From Mobula hypostoma (lineage: Eukaryota), in contig NW_026948219.1 of assembly GCF_963921235.1 (NCBI RefSeq), forward strand, positions 310,001-374,000: 64,000 nt of DNA. Reading direction: 5' to 3'. Below are positions 50,320-61,139 of the stretch, one piece after another. Numbering within the stretch: the first letter of the stretch is position 1; each line of letters opens with the position of its first letter. The position numbers and the translations under genes were made by a program. The notes under the pieces were generated by a model that was given only the letters and a program-made list of their open reading frames with translations, made no database searches and was not told the origin of the DNA.

Positions 50320-53300
50320 CATAGAAAAGTACAACACAGAAACAGGCCCTTTGGCCCATCTTGTTTGTGTTGAACTATTTAAACTGTCTACCCCTGTACC
50401 CCTACCATCCAGGTACCTGTACAAACCTCTTACATGTTGAAATTGAGCTCACATGCACCAGTTGGGCTGTCTGCTCATTCCACACCTGGATGACCGTCTG
50501 TGTGAAAAATTTTCCCCTCGTGTTCCCCTTAATGTTTCACCATGCACCCTTAATCCATGGCCTCTGGTTGTAGTCCCACCAAATCTCAGTGGAAAAAGCC
50601 AGCTTGCATTTACCCCATCTATAACCCTCATAATCTTGGCACACCTCCATCAAATCTCCCCTCGATCTTCTACATTCCAAGGAATAAAGCCCTGTCCTGT
50701 TCAATCTTTCCTTATAACCCAAGTCCTCCAGATTTGGCAACATCCTTGCGAATTTTCTCTGAACTCTTTCAACCTCTTCTACATCTTTCCTGTAGGTAGG
50801 TGATAAAACTGCACACAACATTCCAAATGAGGCCTCACCAATGTCTTGTGCAGTGTGAACATAACATTCATCTCCTGTACTCAGTACTTTGGTTCATGGA
50901 GGCCAAAATGCCAAAATCTTTCTTTCCGTCCCTATTTAACTGTGACACCACTTTCAGTGAATTATCGACCTGTATTCCCAGATCCCTTTCTTCTACAGCA
51001 CCCCTCAGTGCCCGACCATTCACTGTGTAAGACCTTGGTCCCACCAAAATGCAACACCTCGCACTTGTCTCCATTAAATTCCATTTTGCATTTCTCCAGC
51101 TGGTCCAGATCAGACTGCGAGACATTATATTCTTCCTCGCTGTCCACTACACCCCCAATCTTAGTGTCATCCAGAAATCTGCTGATCCAGTTAACCACAC
51201 TGTCATCCAGATTACTGATCTAGATGACAAACAACAACAGATCCAGCACCGATCCCCGTGGCAAACCACTAGTCACAGGCCTCCAGTCAGAGAGGCAACC
51301 ATCTGCTACCACACTCTAACTTCTCCCAAAGACAGTGTCTCATCCAATTTACTATCTCATCTTGAATGCTGAGTGACTGAACCTTCTTGACCAACCTCCC
51401 ATATGAGACTTTGTCAAGTGCCTTGCTAAAGTCCATGTAGACAACATCCACTGCCTTGCCTTCATCCACTTTCCTAATAACTTCCTCGAGAGACTCTATT
51501 AGATTGGTTGGACATGACCTCTCATGCACAAAGCCATGCTGCCTATCCTTAATCTATCTATCCAAATACTTATATATCTGGTTTCTGCACATAAGTTCCA
51601 ATGACTTTCCCACTACTGATGTCAACCTCACTGACGTATGACTTCCTAGTTTATTTTTAGAGCCTTTCTTGAACAGTGGAACAACATTGGCTGTCCTCCA
51701 ATCCTCCAGTACCTCACCAGTCACTAAGGATTATGTAAATATCTGCGTTTGGGCCCCGACAATTTCTGCACGTCTTCCGTAGGGTCCTTGGGAACAATTT
51801 GTTAGGCCCTGGGGATTTATTCACGCTAATTTGCCTTCAGACAGCAAACACCTCCACCTCTGCAATCTGTACAGGTTCCGTGAAGTTGATGCCATTTTGC
51901 TTCACTTCTATAGACTCTGTGTCCATCTCCTGAGTAAATGTGGATGCAAAAAATAATATTTAAAATCCCCCCCATATATTTTGTCTCCTCATACAGATTA
52001 CCATTCTGATCGTCCAGAGTGGGCATGTTTCTGTACTGAACTGGCCAAACTTGATTGGGAGGGGAAACTGGTAGGAATGATGATGGAGCAGCAATGGCTG
52101 GAGTTTCTGGGAGCAATTCGGGAGCTGAGTGATCGATACATCCCAAAGAAGTGGAAGCATTAGAAAGGCAGGAGGACACAACCGTGGATGAAATGAGAAG
52201 ACAAAGCCAACATAAAAAGCAAAGAGAGGGCAAACAAAAGAGCAAAATCTATTGGGAAGCTTTTAGAAAGCAACAGAAGATGACTAAAAAAGATGTCAGA
52301 TGAGCTCAGGGCGTGGAATTATGATATTGTAGTCACTAATGAGTCTTTGTAGCACCCAACAGTCTGAGGCATTTGGAGGAACAAAATATCCGGGGCCTCA
52401 ATATCTCTTGAAAACCAAGGTTCCCTGCACCAGTTACCTTTCAACTTTTATTTTGACAGGCACATACAAACTCTACACCCTCAAAACTTCACTTCTGAAG
52501 GCCTCCCACTTACCAAGTACTCCTTTGCCAGAAAACAGCCTGTCCACACTTGTCAGATCCATTCTGATACCATCAGAATTGACCTTTCTCCAATTTAGAA
52601 TCTCGACCCATGGTTCAGTCCTGTCTTTTTCCATGTTAACTTGTAATCTCATGGCATTATGATCAGGAGATGCAAAGTGTTCCCATACACTAATATTCTG
52701 TCACTAGCCCTGGATTATTTTCTAATAGCTTATTGCACATTTCTATGCTGGGAATTCTACGTGCTGATTAATGGCACATTTGACAAACTCTACCCCATCT
52801 AGTCCTTTTACATACGGGAGTCACGTCAATCTATGGAAATTTGAAATCGCTTGCTATATCAAGCATTAGTGTAGTCTGCGATCTCTCTTGCTAATTTGTT
52901 CCTCCAAATTCCTCAGATTGTTGGGTGCAAACAAGTCCCAGTCATGGCAACAAGATCACAATTCCATGCCCTGAGGTCTGAACAGCATTTGCCTGGTGTC
53001 AAGAAAACAACCTCTCCCTCATTGCCACAAAAACAAAGGAGCTGATTATGGACTACAGAAGGAATGGAGACAGGCTAACCCCTACTTACATCAATGGATC
53101 TGGGGTTGAGAGGGTGAACAGCTTTAAGTTCCTCGGCATACACATCACCGAGAATCTCATGTGGTCTGCACATACCAGCTGTGTGGTGAAAAACGCACAA
53201 CAGTGCCTCCTTCACGTCAGACGGTTGAAGAAGTTTGGTATTGGTCCCAAATCCTAAGAACTTTCTACATGGTCACAATTGAGAGCATCCTGACTGGCTG

Positions 53301-54430
53301 CATCAGTGCCTGGTATGGGAACTGTACTTCCCTTAATCGCAGACTTTGCAGAGGGTGGTGCGGACAGTCCAGCACATCTGTAGTTGTGAACTGCCCATGA
53401 TTCAGGACGTTTACAGGGACAGGTGTGTAAAAGGGGCCCGGAGGACCATTGGGGACCCTACTCACCGGAACCACAAACTGTTCCAAGCTGCTACCATCCG
53501 GGAAACGGTACCTCAGCGTAAAAGCCAGGACCAACAAGCTTCTTCCATTAGGCCATCACACTGCTTAATTCATGCTGATACAACTGTGTTTCTATGTTCT
53601 ACTGACTGTCCTGTTCTATTATAAATGACTATAAACTGCACATTTAGACGGAGATGTAAAGATTTTTACTCCTCATGCATGTGAAGGATGTAAGTAAGAA
53701 ATTCAATTCAATTCACCCCTCTATTATCTGGCATTCTGGCTCCCATCCCCTCTACAACTTTAGTTTAACAGCGCCCCCGCCCCCCCCGCCAACCCACCAC
53801 ACTAGCACAAGCAAGCCTTAACACTAGGATATCAGTCCCCTTCTAGTTCTGTTCCCCTAACTAGCAAATCCCCTATCACCCCTTTGATTTTCCTCTGCCA
53901 CATAATCTTCCCCCGACCCCCCGCAACAGTTTCTAAAGTGGTAGAATGCATAGAACATTAAAAACCCACAGCACAAAACAGGCTCTTCAGCCCACAAAGC
54001 TGTGCCAAACATGTCCCTACCTTAGAACTACCCAGGCTTACCCATAGCCCTCTACTTTTCTAAGCTCCATGTACCCATCCAGGAGTCTCTTAAAATATGT
54101 TATTGTTTCCACCTCCTCCACTGCCGCCGGCAGCCCATTCCACGCACTCACCACTCTCTGCATGAATAACTTATCCCTGACATCTCCTCTGTATTTACTT
54201 CCAAGCACCTTAAACCTATGCCCTCTCTTGCTAGCCATTTCAGCCCTGGGAAAAAGCCTCAGACTATTCACATGATCAATGCCTCTCATTAACTCGTACA
54301 ACTCTATCAGTTCACCTCTCATCCTCCATCACTACAAGGAAAAAAGGCCGAGTTCACTCAACCTATTCTCATAAGGCATGCTCCCCAGTCGAGGCAAAGT
54401 CCTTGTAAATCTCCTCTGCACCCTATCTAT
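50320..54430. mobile_element. Mosaic of CR1 fragments (mostly -) and a Rex1/Babar 3' end (+, 52980-53715), probably intronic to ZF gene 1
   Basis: YMDFSKALDKV, FLDDTKIGG; FKFLGIHITENLMWS with (TTCAA)n tail; CR1 3' ends at 50320 and 53950. Confidence 0.85.
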
Positions 54431-55078
54431 GGCCTACCTGTTGTTGTGGGGGATGGCCACAAGAGTACTCTGCGATGGCTATTTAACCTTATTCCCCTTC
54501 CAGACTCTCACCCAGTTTCCTGCATCCTGCACCTTGGGTGTAACTCACCTCTCTTTATCTCACCCCCTCCGACTCCCGGGTGATACAGAATTCATCCATT
54601 TAAAGCCCCAACTCCTTAAAGTGGCGACACAACATGTGCACACTGAATTTTATATAAATAGGTACTCATTTTAACAGCTAGCAAATCACTGTCAGTAATA
54701 ATTTTGATCTGCAGTCTCACACAACGTTATAAAAAGTCAGATTTTCAAATATCACTCCACTTCTTCCCACTTGCAAATTCTCCAGCAACTTTTGCATCAC
54801 CACAATACACACAGGTAATACAAGTTTCTGTATTGTACATAAATATTTCCCCTGAACCCTCCCCCAGGTGACTGACAGTAGTGAACTCAGTGATGGCAAT
54901 GCCAATGAATATGAAGGGAAGGGCAGTAGTCTGTCTCACTGGAGTCTGGCACATTTGTGATGTGAAAGCTACTTGTTTCGCTGGACAAAGGTGTTTGATA
55001 TCATTATGTACCCAGAGAGAATGGGACAAAACATGTTCTCACGGGTAGAAAAGTCCAGAACAAGAGGGGGTAGAACAA

Positions 55079-55210
55079 GCAACAGACACAAAATGCTGGA
55101 GGAACTCAGCAGGCCAGGCAGCATCTATGGAAAAGAGTACTAATGCTGAGTTCCTCCAGCAATTTGTGTGTGTTGCTTGGATTTCCAGCATCTGCAGATT
55201 TTCTCTTGTT
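55079..55210. repeat. Fold-back Penelope-terminus derivative
   Basis: Arms ACACAAAATGCTGGAGGAACTCAGCA / TGCTGAGTTCCTCCAGCAATTTGTGT. Confidence 0.75.
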
Positions 55211-55329
55211 TGTGACTGGAGGCAGAACAAAGGTGATTTTCTCAACAGCTGATGTAAAAGATTTTGTTCCCTTTCTCCGAGTTCCCGATCCTTGCATTTA
55301 GACAGCTGGAGCTCAGCTCTGTCTGAGAG

Positions 55330-55940
55330 ATCCATCGGTTCCCATTCCCTCATCAGCCGGAAGCTCCCCGGGGCCCGTGTACGGATGATGGGGCTGAGAG
55401 AGAGGGAAGAGAGCAGGACTGTCCCGGGATTGCGGGTCACGGAGTCCGGAGCTCACAGCAACTACCCGAAGTCGGTGTTGAAAACGCCCGCCCGGTGAGA
55501 CCCCCAACCCGGAGATCCCTTCTTACCTCAACCGATCATCCGGGGCCTTTTGTGCACCGCGCGCTGGTGAGCTCGAGCTTGGTCGGTTTAACGGCTGGGC
55601 TACTAATCACGTGACCAGCTCCTCCCCCCACCGCTGTCAACAGAGGATTCACGCGCAGCGCTATTTCCATTGGTGCGAAGCGATGTCAATTACTGCTTCC
55701 AACCAATACCCGAGGCGGACCAGCCGAGAGGGCGTTACCCCCGCTGACACCGTCTCCCAAACTTTCCGTCACGGCGGGACAACCGTCAAAGTAAATGTCC
55801 GCTTTCTGATTTATTTCCATTTCCCTCCGAGGGAAGTTGGGGCGTTTGTGAAGCGTCTCCTGCGGCCGGAGTCTGATGTGTCGCTGAGAGGTAGGAGGAG
55901 ACCGCTCGGCCCGTCGGTTTGATGCCGGTTCCCCGGGGAG
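55330..55940 (-). promoter_or_regulatory. CpG-island promoter and probable first non-coding exon of ZF gene 1
   Basis: CpG-dense; minus-strand donor AG|GTAAGA at 55527/55526; E-box TCACGTGAC 55607-55615; CCAAT boxes at 55669 (-) and 55703 (+). Confidence 0.65.
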
Positions 55941-56044
55941 GGAGAGGGGAATTTTATTGAAAGGATGAAGACAGTGAGAGAGGGAGCGGACAGGATGTTT
56001 GTCCTGTTTATCATCGAGGAAAACAATGTAATTGCCTTCTCTCG

Positions 56045-57370
56045 ACATTCACCTTTGGGTTACAAAGGTAGGGCTCTCAGTACCATTGACCTCTGTTTCG
56101 GGACTGCCGCGGGTGAAGTTTCGCCAAAGCCTTACTTGAAGTATGTGTCTGATATGAAGAAAGAGCTGCAAAGGGCTTATGAGTTGGCTGGGGAGGCGGC
56201 CGCCAAGCAGAACCGGGGGAATAAGAAGAGGTGCGACCAGAAAGTGAAGTTCTCCCAACTCCTGCCGGCAGACCGAGTCCTCATAAGGAATTTGGGATTA
56301 CCTGGGAAGCACAAACTGGCTGATCGCCGGTCGGGCACGCCCTATCTGGTGGAGAGTCAGTTGCCCAATTTACCGATAAGTGACATCCGAACAGACACCA
56401 AAATGTTAGTGTACAAAGCAGTGGTAATCCCAACGCTGCTGTATGCATCAGAAACCTGGACAACATACCGACGACATCTGAAGGCACTTGTAAAGTTCCA
56501 TCTGTCTTCGAAACAACTTAAATATCAGCTGGGAAGATAGAAGAACCAACGTCAGTGTGCTAAATGAAGCAAACACAACAAGCATTGAAGCCGACGTCCT
56601 CAGGAACCAACTAAGATGGAGCGGTCATGTTGTTCGGATGAAAGACAAACGGCCGCCAAAACAAATCTACTCCCAGCTTAAAGAAGGCAAACGTAAAAGA
56701 GGCGGACAGCAGAAGAGATTCAAAGACGTCTTAAAAGCCACCGTGAAGAAATGTAACATCGACATCAACAGTTGGGAAACCAATGCCAAGGACAGGACAC
56801 TCTGGCAAGCCATCATCCGAGAAGGAGCAGCAACTTTCGAAGCCAACAGATGTGCAGAATTAGAAGAAAAGAGAAGAAAATGGAAAGAGAGGCAGCAACA
56901 ACCAAAGCCTGATCTGCCATCTGGAACTACCTGTCCTGAATGTGGAAGAACTTTCAAACCCAATATTGGATCATAAACCATTTGAGAGCCCATAAGTAGA
57001 TCAACAGAACGAAGTCCAATCATCCTGGACCTCAAGGGATAGCCACGATGATGTGGTGGAGAGTCAGTTGCCCAACTTACTGGTTTTCCGAGTGCGGCTC
57101 GAGGATGGGAAGGGGGCCGGTCAAGATTTTCCATCGGAATCATCTGTCGCCCCTGGGGTGAGATGTACAGCTGCAGCGGGAGCCCGAGGTGCCGGCTGCA
57201 CCCAGTACCGGGACTCTGCGTCCATGCAGGGTGGAGGAAGAGCTCACACTGGGAGAGACGGGCCCAGTCCCAGCCCCTGTGAGGGACACTCACTCAGAGG
57301 AGGATGATGACTTGGACGATTGCTGCATGTGGCCGTTTGCTGAGACCCCGTGATGGAGAGGGAGGCTCCT
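56045..57370 (+). mobile_element. Gypsy integrase 3' fragment interrupted by an RTE LINE
   Basis: KYVSDMKKELQRAYELA...NLGLPGKHKLADR...VESQLPN, resuming at 57054. Confidence 0.85.
56374..57053 (+). mobile_element. 5'-truncated RTE LINE with a 27-bp target-site duplication
   Basis: TKMLVYKAVVIPTLLYASETW; QLRWSGHVVRM; CPECGRTF; GATGATG tail; TSD 56347-56373 / 57054-57080. Confidence 0.9.
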
Positions 57371-57998
57371 GGCCAAAATTCTCCCTGCCATAAATCTCCA
57401 GGTGCCGACAACTGCCAATGCATTGGAAGCACCTGACCACAGCAGACTCTGAGTCCGTCCGACAGCTTCGAGTCTCCGACCAGCCCCTCCGATACAGCCT
57501 CCCGAGCACCATCCTCTGCCGAGCGCTTCGACCCCATCCCGGCCACCGAGCAACAAGCAAAGCTGAGGACTCCGGGCCTTCTCCTCCGGAGATTCTGGAA
57601 CACACGGTAGCAGCGGCAGTGAAGAAGGCATTCCAGAAGTTTCTCCAGATGTTCCTCCGTGCTCTCACGTCTGTCTCCATCAAATCAGGATTGTGCACGG
57701 CACCCTACTTGACAGATTACAGATATCACCACCGGAGTGGCCGCTGTGCGCTGCATCGTGCCGCAATCTTCTCCTCCTCCTGCGGATACGGGTGGAACTA
57801 ATCAATGGAGAATTGTTATGCTGTCTTGTATACGTGAGCTCAGCGGGAGTTTGCAGTCTTTTTCGGGAGGCGAGCGAGGAGGACGGACGTGTGAGGAGCG
57901 GACAGCGGTTCCAGGGTGACCGTTCGGATGGTGGCCGAGGGCTCGGAGGGTCATTGTGGATGGAACTGGAGGTGTGAGCTCCAACGTATTAAGACATT

Positions 57999-60635
57999 GG
58001 TTTCTGACCCTGCTCCGTTGAACATCCAACTGATGGTTTCCCATTCTGCTTTCAGTCTTTAGAGGAGAGTGGTGTTTTCTAACAACCCTTTAGAAGCAGG
58101 GAAAATGACCCATATGTGGAAATGAGCCGTGAACAAGGAGGTTAACTACCAATGTCATTCTTCCTCAGCCCAGAGATTAGAGGAGCGAAGAACATGTCAG
58201 ACAGAACTGCAGTCTGCTCGACTTCAAGGGAAACCTCTTCACCCATAGAGTGGTGACTGCTTGGAACCCATCATCACGGGGAGAGCAAAAGGGGAACAGG
58301 GGAGGATTTAAAAGGACTGTTGTGGAACTGAATCACTGGCAGGGTGCAGCCAGCCTGAGTTGACTCTCTCCTGTATACTAGTTGTGTTATAAATTTACTA
58401 AGTACCGGAGACAGAGTTTAAAATAGAACTGATTTATTTGTCTCAGATCCAGAATATTAAACTCCAGTCCCATGAGAGGTGAATGTGCAGCAGAAGAAAC
58501 TCGTCCCATGCCCAGTGACCAGGGTGCAGAACTGGGTGTGATGAGCAGCAGCAATAATTGCAGAGTTCATCACCGACAATCACTGTTGAAATTGCATTCA
58601 GCAACGGCGATGGACAAATATCCAGCATGCAGCTTATTGAAACTTTCTCCCCGGTGTGAACCCAGTAGTGTGTCACAAGTGTAAAATGCTGTAAGGTTTC
58701 ACTGCTAATGTAATGGCCTCTCTGCAATGTTTCACTGCTGAGGTAATGCGTTCTTTTTTAAAATTACTTTATTTACAATTTTCAATTTTACAAAGACAAA
58801 ATATATTGAAGATAAAGAGCACGGACAAAACAAATCGAAAACAGAAAAGCAAAAAGGCTGCCAGACAATTTACTAGATTACTTAAATAAACTTTCAGAAA
58901 AAGAGTGGACACAATAGTAACATCACGGTTTCTCTGTAGCAGCAATGTTTAGGTTACGACTAAAGATAACAGGGTTTTGAATGCGGGGCTATCCAATGAC
59001 AGAAATGTTCTCTCTTGTGAGTCTGGAAGAGAGATTTTCGTGCTCTTTTGCTGGGGAGAGATGAGAAGACGTGAATGGAGAGAGTGGGCCCTTTTTCTCT
59101 TTTTTTTTGTTTTCTTTACTAACCCTATAGTCAAAGTCAGAATTATAAAGCTCAATCGTTTAATCACATATTGTGTACTGTTTGTTATTTCAGGGTACTG
59201 ATTTGTAACAGGGGAGACATCGCACAACATCCACCCAAACAAGATTTTTTAAGTTTGGCTGGGCTGGGGGCTATCACCCCCTATATTAAGCTGCTAGCTG
59301 AAGCGAGAGTTATGTTAGGCAAGATGACTGAGTGAATCGCTTCCACATTCACACCAGGTGAATGGCCTTTCCCCAGTGTGAACCTGGTAGTGTGTCATAA
59401 GGATAGATAACTGAATGAATCCTTTACCACATTCACAGCAGGTGAACGGCCTCTCCCCAGTGTGAACTCAATGATGCAAATTTGGTTGATTTGGCTGAGA
59501 AAATCTCTTCACAAAGTCTGAGCAGCTGATCGGCCTGTACCCTGTGTGAACTCGCTGGTGTCTCTGCAGGTGAGATGGCCAACTGAATCCCTTCTCACAC
59601 ACTGAGCAGGTGAATGGCCACCCCCCAGTGTGAACTAACCGGTGCGCTTGCAGGTGAGAGGACCAAGTGAATCCCTTTCCACAGTCTGAGCAGGTGAATG
59701 GCCTTTCCCCGGTGTGAACTCGCTGGTGTGCCTTCAGTTGGGATGAGCAAGTGCATCCCTTCCCACAGACTGAGCAGGTGAATGGCCACTCCGCTGTGTG
59801 AACTGACTGGTGTCCCAGTAGCTGAGATGACAAAGTGAATCCTTTCCCACAATCCGAGCAGGTGAACGGCCTCTCCCCGGTGTGAACTCGCTGGTGTGCA
59901 ATTAGGGTGGATGACCGAGTGAATCCCTTCCCGCAGTCCGAGCAGGTGAATGGCCTCTCACCAGTGTGAACTGACATGTGTACCAGTAGGTTAGATGACT
60001 GACTGAATCCCTTCCCACAGTCCAAGCAGGTGAATGGCCTCTCCCCAGTGTGAACTCGCTGATGTACCTTTAGTTCAGATGACCGAGTGAATCCCTTCCC
60101 ACAATCTGGGCAGGTGAACGGCCTCTCCCCAGTGTGAACTGACTTGTGTACCAACAGGTGGGATGACTGAGTGAATCCCCTCCCACAGTCCAAGCAGGTG
60201 AACGGCCTCTCCCCAGTGTGAATTCGCTGATGTACCTTCAGTTGAGACGAGAAAGTGAATCCCTTCCCACAGTCTGAGCAGGTGAATGCCCACTCCCCAG
60301 TGTGAACTGACTTGTGATCCAGCAGGTCGGATGACCGTTTGAATCCCTTCCCACAGTCCAAGCAGGTGAATGGCCTCTCTCCAGTGTGAACTCGCTTGTG
60401 AGTCATTAGGTCGGATGATCGAGTGAATTCTTCCCCACAAATTCAGCAGATGACCAGCCTCTGCCCAGTGTGAACTGACTGGTGTGTCCACAGGTGGGAA
60501 GACCGACTGAATCCCTTCTCACCCACAGAACAGGTGAATGGCCTTGTCCCAGTGTGAACTTGCTGATGTACCTTCAGTTGAGATGACCGACTGAATCCAT
60601 TCCCACTGTCTGAGCAGATGAATGGGTTCCCCCCT
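57999..60635. repeat. Segmental duplicate of 46411-50155 (ZF gene plus 3' flank)
   Basis: Colinear near-identical flanks and a shared solo LTR; upstream CR1/Rex mosaic also shared (52010-53220 vs 61700-62980; 51600-52010 vs 63030-63430). Confidence 0.88.
59468..60406 (-). CDS. Tandem C2H2 zinc-finger protein, 10 fingers (312 aa)
   Basis: 10 canonical fingers. The exon probably starts at the acceptor TTTTACAG|GTT (60814), with degenerate fingers and an in-frame TGA (60443-60445) upstream of the ATG. Confidence 0.87.
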   Translation of the reverse strand: MTHKRVHTGERPFTCLDCGKGFKRSSDLLDHKSVHTGEWAFTCSDCGKGFTFSSQLKVHQRIHTGERPFTCLDCGRGFTQSSHLLVHKSVHTGERPFTCPDCGKGFTRSSELKVHQRVHTGERPFTCLDCGKGFSQSSNLLVHMSVHTGERPFTCSDCGKGFTRSSTLIAHQRVHTGERPFTCSDCGKGFTLSSQLLGHQSVHTAEWPFTCSVCGKGCTCSSQLKAHQRVHTGERPFTCSDCGKGFTWSSHLQAHRLVHTGGWPFTCSVCEKGFSWPSHLQRHQRVHTGYRPISCSDFVKRFSQPNQPNLHH

Positions 60636-61139
60636 GTGTAAAATGACGGGAATGCCAGTTGGTCAGATGATCGAGTGAATCCGTCCCCACAATCTGAGCA
60701 GGAAGGATGATCGAGTGAATCTCTTGCTCCACTTCTTAAATATCTGGACAGAGACAGCAAAACTGGCGTGTTGTGTTCGAGATTCCAGTAGACAAATTCC
60801 TTGTCATTTTTAACCTGTAAAAAAAGATTTACAAAATCCATCAATCGGTGTTGGACAACCTTTCAGATGAGGTCACTTGAGTTGTCAAAGTGTATTCTGG
60901 CATCACACTGTTACAGTGAAGTTCAACCCAAGTAGGAGAGCAAAATCATCTTCTAACTGGGCACAGTGCTGGTATCTGGAATGACCATCAATTCTCTGAT
61001 GCTCTTCCTGTCTCTATAATAATGGGGCATTTCTGCCATCTCCAATCTGTGACCTGGCTTAGTATGACTCTCTCCATTGGTATTATTCCCTGTTCCCACT
61101 GAGCTGCATGGGTGCCTGGCCCCACAATAACTGTAACAC

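Noticed and set aside
57372-57785. Overlapping ORFs inside the Gypsy remnant as a second captured gene
   Set aside because: No recognisable protein motif; looks like an unclassified interspersed repeat.
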